Positions 42,858-63,325 of a stretch of 64,000 nt of DNA are shown here, piece by piece. Each line of letters opens with the position of its first letter. Within the stretch, counting starts at the first letter, position 1. The stretch comes from the human T2T-CHM13v2.0 reference genome, Homo sapiens: NCBI RefSeq assembly GCF_009914755.1, contig NC_060936.1; one strand, 5' to 3'. Position numbers and translations under genes: made by a program. The notes under the pieces were generated by a model, which had not been told where the DNA came from, searched no databases, and was given only the letters and a program-made list of their open reading frames with translations.

Positions 42858-43844
42858 TTGCTTGCTACATAGGTGCTCCCACATGCTGATTAAATGAATG
42901 GTTGATCGAATGAATGAATAAATGAACAACAAAGAAAGCTGAAGAGAAAGACAAAGGGATATCCACAGGAATTAACATTTAGGAAGCTCCTAGTGGGTGC
43001 CATGTGGGCATCATATATAAATAATCTTGTTTAATCCACACAGGAATCCTATGAGATACCTTACTGTCCCTGTATATGGCTGATGATCCTGAGACCTTAG
43101 AGGTTACCATACCCTATTAAAGAGAAATCATGGAGCCAGGATTCCAACTGAGGTTCCAAGTGTTTTTCCCTTGCATTACACTAAACATATATTGCATGTT
43201 TCCATACTTGCATCAGCCTGGAACCTGCATCCCTCCCATTCCTGCCTGGAATGCTCTATAGCCTGCCTAAATCCCAGTTAACTTCTGGTTCAGCTCATGC
43301 TCCTCCTCTTCACAGCCTGCCCTGGATCACCACAGCCAAAGGTAATCTTTCTCTCTTCTGGATATTATAGCAACTGTTATATATCTTCACGTTTCAATTG
43401 CCATCTATTTCTTCATAATCTAATTATTTGAGAGCTTCTCATCTCCTCAACTATATTGAAATATCTTGGAATTGGAAATTTTTGTGTTTTCTTTTGTCTA
43501 TTACTTTGTATCCTTATTGCAGGTAATCAATAAATATTTGCTGGTTTACTTACCTGTCTTATATAACTCATTTTCAATGTCTTTTTTTGTTTAAGAAAAA
43601 AAATCACTTAAATGATACATTTTTACATATACTGTATAAACAACTTGTATCATTTTCTCATTTAATATTGGATCATAAGTATTTTTTATTACACATAATT
43701 TGTAAACAATGTTTTGATGGTAGTCTAATAGTCAATTCTATGGCTGTACCAAAATTTAAATCATTTTCTATTGTGGACATTCGGGTGGATGGCATCCCCC
43801 ATCGCCTCAATATCAATGTTGTCCTGAAGAGTTTGGAGCTACAT

Positions 43845-44153
<309 letters not shown>

Positions 44154-44809
44154 TGGAGCGACATTTATTCCTATGGAATCAATTTCCTTCACTAAGCTCT
44201 TTTTTAGGGAATGCTTAGTGAAGATTTGATTAAACACTACAATTGTTAACTACACCAGATAAGTTTAACTTTGACACTCTATTTTGTAATTCATCTTGTA
44301 ATGGAAGAGTCAAAATAACAGTGTCTCCTGGTATATGCAGATAGATGGATACCTTTGGGAAGCCCACTCATTCATCTATCCATTCGTCCAGCCATATCCA
44401 TCTATCCAAGTCTGCACTACTTGGGAGCCCAGGTGAGGAGAGCTGCAGTCATGATGGGAGGTTGGTGGTCTTCTCTGAAGATGTAACATTTCACCATCTT
44501 CAGTGCAACTCTTGTCCTTTGGCGACCAAGAGCTGAGCATATACGTCCTCGTGACTGTTCCAACTCCTAGTCAAGACTATATAGATTCCATGTATCATTA
44601 TACTGATCACCTATCTAGACATCACAGTAGTTTTTGAGATACCTAATTGAAATGACAACTTTTGTTAGTATTTAAAATACCAAACTGTCTTTCTTTAGCA
44701 TCAGAAAATCCCCAGTTCTGTTTCTGAAGTTGCCTCAAAGCACCTGAGGGGATGTTGGGAAGGGAAATTACACAGACTGTCTATCATGGATCAGAAGCTT
44801 GTACTGCAA

Positions 44810-45405
<596 letters not shown>

Positions 45406-45456
45406 ACTGATCTTATTTTAAACTCATTTAATTTAGTTCTTACAACAACTCTTACT

Positions 45457-45700
45457 TAGATTGAGGCTGAAAATTGTCAGCCTGTAGGTTGAACTTGGCC
45501 TGCAGATATGTTTTGTTTGGCCTGCACAATTTTCTTTAGTTTGAGCCAACATTTAAAACTCTGGAGTTTTATACAAAAATCTTGATTTCTGGCTCTTCTT
45601 GTAAAATCCTTATCTGACAGCAACCCACAGGAGCTGAGGGCTGCTGATTTCTTTAGATAAGGAATGCACCTTGGTAGTGTGCCCTGATTCTGTGGGGATG
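45457..45700. mobile_element. MER102-like hAT-Charlie fossil
   Basis: GGCCTGCAGATATGTTTTGTTTGGCCTGCACA...AAAATCTTGATTTCTGGC. Confidence 0.6.
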
Positions 45701-46496
45701 ATGTCAGTGGTGAGTGATAGAAGACCCAACTAATAGTCGCTTCAACTAAGAATTTATATCTCAATTAAGAGGTCTGAGGTAGGGTAGTTCCAGGTTTCAT
45801 ACAGAGGCACAAAAGTGTTGTCGGAGACTCTTGCTCCTTTACTGTTAATGTCTTCCACCTGTCCTCTCTGACATCATTGGCATGTCAGCTATGATGCTGC
45901 ACTCATACCTACTGATGCCTCCAAAGGCTCACACATGTCACATGCAGATACACGACCAGTGAAGAAGAGATGTCTTTTTACTGGTCTCTTTTCCTTATAA
46001 AGGAAACCTTTAAAACAAAACAAAAAAACCCTAGCTGAGTGTCTCCTGAGCTCACAATTGGCCAAGACTGGCTTCTATGCCAATACTCTGGTTGGAAGAA
46101 AGCCTAGGAAAGCTGGTCTCACACTTCCTGCCCTTAAGTGGGAAGGCAGGATGTGCCTATAAGAGGGATGAGGCAAGGGGTAGTGAACAGGCCAAGACTG
46201 CCAGGCACATCTCACTCAGAAATCGCTCAAGCACACACACCCAGCTTCCTCCACCTATTTACCTAACTGAGGGCAACTGGATAATGGAATCTGTATGTCA
46301 AGTTCAGGATTCAGCCCTATAAACTTATGGAAGGTTTGAGCCATGACTAGTTTAGGTGGATTTTTTAAAATAAAAAAATCACTTTCAGTTCTTAAAAAAG
46401 GAATCCATTTTAGGTTCAAAGTAGCATGATAACTTTGCTGTTTAGAGTTTGAAATTCAACAAGGATATTTACTCTTGCCTGGATAACCTGCAGCAC

Positions 46497-47004
46497 TGAT
46501 AGCATTTGGCTCTTTGTCCCCACCCAAGTCTCATCTCGAATTGTAACCCCCAAATGTCAGGGAAGGGCCTGGTGGGAAGCAATTGGATCATGGGGGCAGC
46601 TTCTCCCAGGCTGGTCTCGTGATAGTGAGGGAGTTCTCACGAGATCTGATGGTTTAAGTGCCAAGAAGTTTTCCTCCTCTCACTCACTCCTTTCTCCTGC
46701 TGCCATGTAAGACGTGCCTTGCTTCCCCTTCACCTGCAGCCATGATTATAAGTTTCCTGAGGCCTCCCTAGCCATGTGGAACTGTGAATCAATTAAACCT
46801 CTTTCCTTTATAAATTACCCAGTCTCAGGGAAGTTCTTTTTATTTATTTATTTATTATCATTATTTTTTAATTTATTATTATTATACTTTACGTTTTAGG
46901 GTACATGTGCACAATGTGCAGGTTAGTTACATATGTATACATGTGCCATGCTGGTGTGCTGCACCGGGAAGTTCTTTATAGCAGTGTGAAAACGGACTTA
47001 CACA
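46497..47004 (+). mobile_element. THE1 (THE1D-like) solo LTR carrying an L1 insertion
   Basis: TGATAGCATTTGGCTC...GGACTTACACA; perfect TSD AGCAC. Confidence 0.9.
46840..46965 (-). mobile_element. Extremely 5'-truncated young L1PA (L1PA2/3-like) 3' end
   Basis: TTTAGGGTACATGTGCACAATGTGCAGGTTAGTTACATATGTATACATGTGCCATGCTGGTGTGCTGCACC; perfect 12-bp TSD GGGAAGTTCTTT. Confidence 0.92.
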
Positions 47005-47151
47005 AGCACCAACCAATATTTATGGTGTCTCTGGGTGAACATGTAAGATGCCATTTAAAATGCTGTATAGAGACATGGGCACTACCCTCTAGGTACTAGC
47101 TGTGGTCTAAATGCATCCTCTAAAATTCACAAGTTGACATTTAATCATGAA

Positions 47152-47462
<311 letters not shown>

Positions 47463-47717
47463 TTAATCACGAATATTAATAGGTGGGGTCTTTAGGAGGT
47501 AATTAAGTCATGAGAGTGAAAGCCTCATGAATGGGATTAGCCGCCTTGTAAAAGGTCTGGAGGAAACTAGTGTTTGTCCCTTGTTATCCTTCCATCCCTT
47601 CCACCACATGAGGACACAGAGGTCAAGGTGCCATCTTGAAAGCAAAGACTAGGCCCTCACCAGACACGAAACCTGCCAGCGCTTTGACTTTGGACTTCCC
47701 AGCTTCCAGAACTATGA

Positions 47718-48034
<317 letters not shown>

Positions 48035-48892
48035 TTAATTACCAGTTCTTAGGTGTTTTGTTATAGCAGCACAAACAGACTAAGACAATACTCATCACCC
48101 AAGTCACTCTGGAAGGCACTGTTTTATAAGAGCAGAACAGAGTGTGATACATGAATGCTGCAGGCATCAGAAATTGCTGGAACCCATTAAGTTGCTCCCA
48201 TTAAGTTGGGGGCAGGGTAAAATAAGTAGAAGTACACAGTATGCCACTGTGTGGGCAAAGTTGTTTCTGATTTCATACTAAAGATAGAACCCTAAAACAA
48301 GACCTAACAAGAGGTTTCTTTGTGGAAACAATCTTCTTGGGTTAATAGCTAAATATAGTGACTAATGCTTCTTCCTGTTCTTTCTCGACTATACCTTATG
48401 AGCTACCTTTAGAACAAGCAGGTTGAAGCCCTGCCTTTTACTAATCCCCTGAGATAATCTTTTTAAAACTCTCAGTGGCAAGTGAAGACCCCAGTGTTTT
48501 CCCCATCTCTGAGATTTCTTTCATATCCCTTTAGCATTCGCATTTGCTCTTACTGGTTATTTCCCATGCTGAATCATTCACTGACTATCTGGTCATCTCC
48601 TGGGGGAGCCAAATAGTTTTAAACATTCTCAGTGACTCATCTATCCTCACCAGTTCTTTTATTTATTTGTTGTTGATGTGTCATACACACACAATCTCTC
48701 TCTGTCATTAAAATGCTAAAAAAAGTTTCTATTTACCGTCATAGTATACTCCACTTTCTCAGTGCATGTCTTCACTTGTTTTGTAGTTTTCTAGTTCATG
48801 CAATTGAAATAAAGGTACAGTTACTTAGTCTTTAACCAAGTCCCAGGTTTAGCCAAAATTGTCAAACTCAGGATTCAGCCCTTCAAAGCTTA

Positions 48893-49211
<319 letters not shown>

Positions 49212-50115
49212 TTACTTGGTGAAAATAATTCCATATCATTACTATTTTGTAAAAGGGAAACTGCTCTCTTAGCACATTGTGTTGTTTGCTTTGCTACCTT
49301 CAGTTGCTCTGCGTCAGAACCCTGTATCTGAAATCCCTCAATAATGAGACTAACTGAGGTAGTGGTGATACTCTATCTTGTTATTTTAAAGCAGGCCTGC
49401 AAATACTGGGTGCTCAGTAACCATGAGAAAAAGGCCTGATAAAAGCAACAACAGAAGCAATTGGGACCCAAGGTGGACACCACGGCAAATCCTCAGCGCC
49501 TGGGTTTTAGACGGTTCTGCCAAAGGTTTGGTTCTTTCCAGCCTGAGATCATTGCTTAGATCTTTCTGGGGTGTAGTTAAAGTAAAATGAGCCTCTTTCT
49601 ATTTATCCCACAGATGCCGTTCTCTCTTAACAATGTACTCCTTGAAGGCTTCTTAAGGTAATGTCTGGTCTCTGCTGAATGCAGCCATAAATGCAATAGA
49701 ACGCTACCTTTGCTGAATGTGCTCAGTCCTCCCCCCTTAGCACAGCTCACCCTACTAGCCTTATCTTGCTGGCCTCCCTCTACCCCCACTGCAACCTCCC
49801 AACAGGCTTTAAAATCCAGACATACCTAACGAATCACACAATTACCAAGCAGGTCAGGATACTTTACATCAGAGCCTCTGAACATACTGTTCTCTTCCCA
49901 GAATGCCCTTCTCCACCTCATCCACCTGGAGAACCCCTACGTATCCTTCAAGACTCAACTCAAGCTTTTTTTGTTTTAACCCCCCTACAGCCTTCTTACC
50001 TTTCCAAATAGCACCAGAACTTTTCATCCACCACTGTACCTTGTATGCAACTGTGTTACAGCACTCTCTAAACCTTCATGTCATCTGCCTTACTTTTTGA
50101 GGTTTATGAGAGGAG

Positions 50116-50797
50116 TGATATGGTTTGGATGTTTATCCCCTCCAAATCTCATGTTGAAATGTGATTCCCAATGTTGGAGGTGGGGCCTGATGGGAGGCAA
50201 TTGGATCATGAGGGCGTATCCTTCATTAAGCGGTTAGCACATCTTCTTGGTGATAAGTAAGTTCTTATTCTGAGTTCACACAGGGTCTGGTTGTTTAAAA
50301 AAGTGTGGCACAACACCCTCACCTTGCTCCCACTTGACCTTCCATCATGACTGTAAGCTTCCTGAGGCCCTCACTAGAAGCTGAGCAGATGTTGGTGCCA
50401 TGCTTGTTGATATAGTTTGAATATATGTCCCCACCAAATCTCATGTTGAATGGTAATCTCCAATGTTGGAGATGAGGTCTGGTGGGAGGTGTTTGGGTCA
50501 TGGGGTGGATCCCTCATGGTTTGCGGCTGCACTGGTGATAGTGAGTTCTCACAAGATCAGGTCATTTATAAATGTGTGGCACCTCCCCAGTCTTGCTCCT
50601 CCTCCCGCCTTGTGAGATGCCTATTCCCCTTTGCTTTCCACCATGATTGTAGGCTTCTTGAGGCCTCCCCTGAAGCTGATGCTGGCACTATGATTCCTGT
50701 ACAGCCTGCAGAACTGTGAGCCAACTAAACCTCATTTCTTTATAAATTACCCAGTCTCAGGTATTCCTTTATAGTAATGCGAGAATGGCCTAACACA
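50116..50797 (+). mobile_element. Composite MST LTR: 3'-truncated MSTB-like (50116-50408) plus full MST (50409-50797)
   Basis: Two TGATAT(G/A)GTTTG starts, one 3' end; TSD AGGAG flanks the whole unit. Confidence 0.88.
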
Positions 50798-52925
50798 AGG
50801 AGGGACTTACATTATTTTCTGAATCTCAGTGCTTATCTCCTGGAAAGTGTTTACAAAGTATTTGTTGAATGAGTAAATAATTATTTTGAAATATTTATAA
50901 CTCTCTGATAACATAACATTATATGGTAATAGAGAATTTAGGAAATGCAGAACTATACAAAGAAGAACTAAAAACCATCTGTAATCTCTGGTTAATGGTA
51001 ATTAACCAAAGTTAATTATTATTCAATAATTTTCTCTGTAGATTTTTTTCTATATTTTTAAAATAACAGCTTTATTGAGATATACTTTACATACCATACA
51101 AGTCACCCATTTAAAGTATACAATTCAATGATTTTTAGTATTTCATAGACTTGTATAACCATAATAATAAGTTTTATAACATTTTCATCACCCCAAGAAG
51201 TAACCTCATATCCATTAGGAGTCATTCGATTTCCCTCTAACTCTAACCTCCTCCCATCCCTAGGCAATCACTTACCTATTTTTGCCTCTAAAGATTTGCC
51301 TATTCTGGACATTTCATAATAAATGAAACCATACAATACACAGCCTTTCGTATCTGGCTTCTTTCACTTAGAATAATATTTTCAAGTTTCATTCATATTA
51401 TAGGATGTATTAGTTAGCACTTCATTCCTTTTTATGGCCAATAGTATTCCATGGCATTAATATACCACATTTTATTTATATGGTCATCAGTTGATGGACA
51501 TTTGGGTTGTTTCTACCTTTTTGGCTATTGTGTATAATGCTGCTATGAAGATTTGTGTACAAGTTTTTATATGGACATATGTGTTTGTTTTTCTCTTAAG
51601 TACATGCCTAGGAATAGAATTTCTGGGTCAAATGGTAACTCTATGTTTAACCTTTTGGGGAAACTTCTAGACTTTTTTCTTTCAAAGATGCTGCACCATT
51701 TTACATTCCCATTAACAGTGTACCAGTGTTATTCTAGATTCTCCACATCCTTGTCCGCACTTATTATTAGCTATCTTTTTTATGTGGCATCTCATTGTGG
51801 CTTTGATTTGCATTTTCTTGATAGACAATTATGTTAAGTATCTTTCCATGTATTTATTGGCCATTTATGTATCTTCCTGGGAAGATCATTCAAGTCCTTG
51901 GCAATTTTTAGTTGGGTTATTAGTCTTTTAAATTATTGAGTTGTAGGCATTCTTTATACATTGTAGTTACAATTCCTTTATAAGATATGTGATTTGTAAA
52001 TATTATCTCTTATTCTGCGGGCTGGCTGTCTTTCCACTTTCTTGATGGTGTACTTTGAAGCACAGAAGTTTTTAATTTTGGTGAAGTTCAGTGTATCTAT
52101 TTTTCCTTTTGTTGCTGTGCTTTTCATGTTAGATCTAAGAAGCCATTGCTTAACTGAAAGTCAGAAAGATTTCACCTATCTTTTCTGAGAGTTTCACCTA
52201 TCTTTTCTTCTAAGAGTTTTATAGTTTTAGCTCATACATTTAAGATGTCTTTGATCTAGTTTGATTTAATTTTTGTAGATGGTGTGAGATAGGGGTCCTA
52301 CTTTATTCAGTAGGCTATCCAATTGTTCCAGTACCATCTGTTGGATAAATTATTCTCCCCCAACTGAATTGTTTTGACACTCTTGTCAAAAATCAATTGA
52401 CTGTAAGTATGGTTTACTTCTAACTCTGAATTACATGCTGTTGATCTATATGTCTATCCTGGAGCCAATACCACACTATCTTGATTATTGTAGCTTTCTT
52501 GTGAGTTTTGTAGTTGGCAAGTATGAATCCTCAACTTCATTCTTCTATTTCAAGATTGGATTATTTTTGGGACTGTTGAATTTTCATATGAATTTTGAGA
52601 TTAGCTTGTCAACTTCTGCAAAAAGGCCAGCTGTGATTTTGAAAGGAATGACATTGAATTTGTGGATCAATCTGGGGAGTATTGCTAGCCTAACAATATT
52701 AAGTTTTTAATCAATTTCCATTTATTTAGGTCATTTTCAGTTTCTTTTGTACGTTGGGCTTTCATTTTCATTTGCCTCAAAACATTTTCTAATTTCCTTT
52801 GTGATTTTTTCTCTGATTCATTTGTTATTTAAAAATCTGTTGTTTAATTTCCACATATTTGTGGATTTCTAATTTAATACCATTGTGGTCAGAGAATATT
52901 CTTTGCATAATTTCAAACCTTTTAT

Positions 52926-53993
<1,068 letters not shown>

Positions 53994-55617
53994 TCATGCA
54001 TCCTGGAAAATGTTCTCTGCACATTAGAAAACAATATGTATTCTGCTGTTGTTTAGTAAAATGTTTTATAGGTATCTGTTAAGTCTAGTTGGTTTATAGT
54101 GTTGTTCAAGTCTTCCTTTTTTGTTGTTGATCTTCTGCCTAATTCTATTAATTATTGAAAGTAGGATATTGAAGTCTCTAGCTATTATTGTTGAATTGTC
54201 TATTTCTTCATTTAGTTCTGTTATTTTTCACATGATATGTTTTGGAACTCCATTGTTAAGTGCAGAGATATGTTTATAATTGTTATATCTCCCTGATTGA
54301 TTGACCTTGTTATCATTGTAAAATGTCCCTCTTTATTTCTAGAACCATTTCTTAAAAATCTATGTTGTCTGAAATTAGTATTGCCACTTCAGCTTTCTTA
54401 TGACTGCTGTTTGCATGGTATATCTTTTTCTACCCTTTAACTTTCAACCTATTTGAATATTTAAATCTAAAGTGTGTCTCTTATAGACAGCATGTAATCC
54501 TGTTTTTAGCATAGTGGCAATTTTTGCCTTTTGACTACCTTGTTTAATTCATTCACATTTACTGTCATTATTGATGTAATTGCATTTATATCTGCCATTT
54601 TGGTTTTTGTGTTTTCTGCCTCTTGTCTTTGTTCCTCTATTCTCCTTTGCTGCTTTCTGTTGCATTAAGTGATTATTTCCTAGCGTAACATTTTAATTCC
54701 TTGAATGATTTTTTTTGCAGTGCATTTTTGAGGTGTTTTCTTAGTGGTTGCTGTAGGTGTTCCCATATATATCTTAGCTTATCGGAATTAACTTCAGATT
54801 TATACTAAATTAATTATAGTAACATATAGAAACTTTATTCCTACATAGCCCTATTTTCTCCTTCCTTTTTTTGGTGCCATTGTTGTTACATATATAATAT
54901 GTGTATATAATAGAAATCCAACAGTATGTTATTATAATTATTACTTCATATCATTTTATGTCTTTTAAAGAAGAGAAGAAAAGAAAGCAAGTAGATATTT
55001 ATAGAGTCTGTTATACTAACCTTATTTACCTTTTCTGGTTCTCTTCATTTACTCCTTTAGATATGAGCTACTCTCTGGTGTTACTTACTTACTCCAATAT
55101 GATTTTGCTACCATCTACTTCCTTTGTGTTGTTATTGCCAAATATATTACATTACTTTATGTTGTGGGCCTAACAATACAATTATATATATATATTATTT
55201 TATACAATTGCTTTTATAAAAAAGAAGAAAGGGAAAGAAATATGTGTTTCAATTTTCTCTTATAATCACCTACATAATTACCTTTATTGATGCTCTTCGG
55301 TTTTTCTGTGTAGAATCAAAGTATTCTCTGGGATCACTTGCTTTTAGTGAAAACAACTTTCCTTAATGTTTCTGGTAGAGTGTGCCTATATTTTTTGCAT
55401 TGAATCTTTGTGTGTTTCACATAACAATCCACCCTGTCATTTCCTGTCAATTCTTCATTCAAAGCACAACTTACTATGTCTACGTGAAATGCTGTGACCA
55501 GCATGTATGTAACTATTCTCCTAAGGGGTTGTTTTTAACCTTTAATCACTGCAAATGATGCTATCATAAACATCTTTGCATATACATCCTTTATAAAACT
55601 TTTTAAAAGTATACAAG

Positions 55618-57316
<1,699 letters not shown>

Positions 57317-57359
57317 CTATGCATTTACACATACACAGAGAGATGAAGAGGAACAGGGA

Positions 57360-57707
57360 TGATATGGTTTGTTTTTCTGTCCCCACCCAAATACCCAGGT
57401 GTTGAGGGAGGGTCCTAGTGGGAGGTGACTAGATCATGGGGGTAGTTTCCCCCATGCTGTTCTCATGATAGTGAGGGAGTTCTCATGAGATCTGATGGTT
57501 TTATAAATGGCAGTTTCCCCTGGGCTTCTCTCTCTCTCCTGCTGCCTTGTGAAGAAGGTGTCTGCTTCTCCTTCACCTTCTGCCATGATTATAAGTTTCC
57601 TGTGGCCTCCCCAGCCATGAAGAACTGTGAGTTAATTAAAGCTCTGTTCTTTATACATTACTCAGTGTTGGCAGTTCTTTACAGCAGTGTGAGAACAGGC
57701 TAATACA
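57360..57707 (+). mobile_element. THE1 (THE1D-like) solo LTR
   Basis: TGATATGGTTTG...GCTAATACA; perfect TSD AGGGA. Confidence 0.9.
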
Positions 57708-57714
57708 AGGGAGA

Positions 57715-60420
<2,706 letters not shown>

Positions 60421-60944
60421 CTCTTCACGTGTGTGGGTTTTTGTTTTGTTTTTTCTCTTTGGGCTTCGATGCCCCTGGGAACATCAGCTTCTATAGTTGG
60501 CAATGTGCACTGGGGAGTGATCAGTACACCAGGGTTGTGGTGCAGTCAGGTCCTGGAAGGGAGTGGGGCTACAACCCCCCAACCCCAGGTTGTTAATAAA
60601 GATTGGGCCGTTATCTCTACCTGGAAGGAGAATTGTTCTTTTGTCCTCTTCCATTAGTACATAACTACGTATTATTTGATCAGATAAACTCTCTTCTACT
60701 TTGACACTCAGAAGTGACTTTCTGGACTTACCTGAGAGGACATAAAGTAAATCAATTTTAATGTGAGCTCATAAGAGCGTTCAGCACAAGGAACAGCAGA
60801 CCTAGGAGTTTGGAATTGGCACCTCAGGTGATGTAGGGGGCAACCTTGGGAGGAAGGATTCTCAGAGAATCCCTCAGTTTCTATAATCATTCATTCTGCA
60901 TCTTGGCAGAGAGGATAACTGGATATTGAGAAGAGTGGTGAAAA

Positions 60945-61140
60945 TGCTTACTTGACTCTGACACTTGATAGCTACAACCCTCTGAATAAGCATCTTATTT
61001 ATGATCCTCAGTGTTCTCACCTGGAAACTGGGGTCATAATACTCACCTTAGAATGTTGTTGTTAGAAGTTTATGGAATACTAATAGAGAGGCTATGAGTT
61101 TCAAGCACTGTGCCTGGTCCTCAATAGATGTTTAATAAAT
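60945..61140 (+). mobile_element. MIR
   Basis: CCTCAGTGTTCTCACCTGGAAACTGGGGTCATAATA...AGCACTGTGCCTGG. Confidence 0.65.
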
Positions 61141-63111
61141 TCTAGATCCTTCCCCAAAATATTCCCCATCATTTTCCTTTCTATCGTAAAGTTATAAACA
61201 TAAGGCAAGAGAATGAATGCTATTACTTTTCAGCAAATGTGAATATCTTTACATTTCATTTTTTTTTCCATTTATATCTCAGCTGTGTTTCTTTACGTTA
61301 TTGCTAGTCAGGAATGCAATTTGCAATTACATGGGTTCATGAGTTCTGAAATTCAAGGGAAACCTATCTTCACACATGCCTTCCTCTTTCACCCCATTTC
61401 TGTGCACTTTTGTCCAAGCCTTTTTCTTTCCTGAACACTGTCATTTTGTCATGTACTCTGGTCCTAAAGGATAAGCAGATGAATTGTAGAGGAGTCCCCT
61501 TTGTATCGAAACATTTACAGCTTCTATTCCAAGAGTTAACGTGGCGAATTTTCACAATCTGTTTGTTGTTCTCATTCTTTCAACCTTCTTTTGCACTTTT
61601 TGCAAAACAGCTGCTATTGTTAGTTTTTCTGAGTACTCTTGTGAACATTGGGAGCTGTTCTGTTGTCAAAATCTTTGCAGCTGGCTCCTGGCTAGTATTT
61701 TGTAATCCATTCTCAAAAGTTTAATAGCTCCTAGTTTTTCATGTCAGCTGTGTTTCTTGTTTTAGAGATAATTGTGAGTAATGGTCAAGGCTTAGTTGAG
61801 CCATCCATTCCCTTTTTCCACATGTCTTTGAAAGGCAGACAGTTCAGATTCCTAAGGCTGATAGAAACTGACTAATCCTTTTTTGTTTCCTACTATGATT
61901 TTCCTCAAAGATATTGCTATTTACTTCACTTCTGAGCATTGATTCGTCCTTGAAATTTGTGTGGTTTATCCTTTTAATATATTTGGGTGTTTTCTTAGTT
62001 GTCTTCTTTTTTTCTTTCTTTGTGAATGATTCTTAAAGAGTTCTGGGCATTTGCATGTGTACCAGACTTTTAAATTTCATGGACCAGTGAAAAAGAAAAA
62101 AAAAAAGCTGAGGACTGATGGAGTGTTGCCAACATTTTATTTCACCATGAATATAAGAGAGAGGAAAAAAAAAGAACACCATCTTCTATCGTCTTTTCAC
62201 AAAAGGAGATTTAATATCAAAACTGTGAAAGAAGAAATCTTGGAATAAAGGACAGTCTTTTAAGTGAAAGGTATAAGGGAAACTTGCTACATTGTCCTTT
62301 TTTGTTGGGGACCAGTGAAAACCTCCACAAAGATATTTGGGAACCGCCACCTCACGAGCTGTATCCACACCCTCTTAACAGTTTGCTTCCAGCACTTTGT
62401 TGTTCACTTTATTCTGTCAAGGTTATTCCTACCTGGCACTTTCCCTTCTCGCTCCAGTAACATTTAAAGACCTTTCCCCCGGCAAAGGCTTTGCTGCCAC
62501 ACTGGAGAGCTTTGATCATCAATTCTGTTAGGCTGGTTGTCAAAGGAGCTGGTGGTGGAAAAAGCCCAGCAGAGGTGGCTGCTGTTAGCTCTGAGGAAAC
62601 CGAGCAGCTGTTTGCTGTCGTTCCAGGGTTATCTCATAATTTATTGTGCGCAAAGGTGGCTTTACTGTTCTCCTTCATCCTTGTCCTCATCACCCAGGCT
62701 CTGACAACCCAGTGCCTTTCATCTGGGTGCCATGACTCAAGGTCTTCACCATTTGTCTTGCTTTTCTTCAGGGCTTTCTGTAAGTTATTCGTGTCAGACA
62801 CTGGAGTGTCTTCCAATGTCAAACACAAAATGCAGCCCTCCATAGAGAGAGGAGTCCTACTCTTTTGGCTTTGATTGGATTTCTTTCTGAGTTCCAACCA
62901 AAACCTCTGCAAAATTGTGAAGAAGATGAAGTGTGTGGTGTGCCTGGACTTTCCTCTTTGCACCCTTCATTTCATTTCTATGTACCCTTTCTCCTGAGAG
63001 CTGGTGGCTTCACGCTGTCATTCTCTCTTCCTCCAGACTGTAAGTAATCTAATAAAATCACTCACACTAAGAGGTTAGGAGTTTAATTCTGTCTCTCCCA
63101 GCGGCTCTTGC

Positions 63112-63325
63112 ACACAATGAAGTGGAAAGAGAGCCCAGCATTAGAGTTTGAAGGATTTAATTCCAGCCATGGCTCTACTTGCTGTTGCAGGACTTACGCA
63201 ATTCACATCATTTCTCTGGGACTCTGTTTCTCCTTCAGCAAAATGGGAATGATAGTAAGATCTACCTCACAGGTTTGATGTAAAAGTTAAATGAGATTGT
63301 CATAATGTTTTATCATCTGAAAGTG
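63112..63325 (+). mobile_element. MIR, cut at its 3' side by the retrocopy
   Basis: GTGGAAAGAG...CTCTGTTTCTCC...AAAATGGGAATGATAG...TTAAATGAGAT...AAAGTG. Confidence 0.7.

Noticed and set aside
63021-63045. + strand TTCTCTCTTCCTCCAG|ACT|GTAAGT, a possible 3-nt microexon
   Set aside because: No supported + strand host gene; the same bases read as a - strand acceptor; too weak alone
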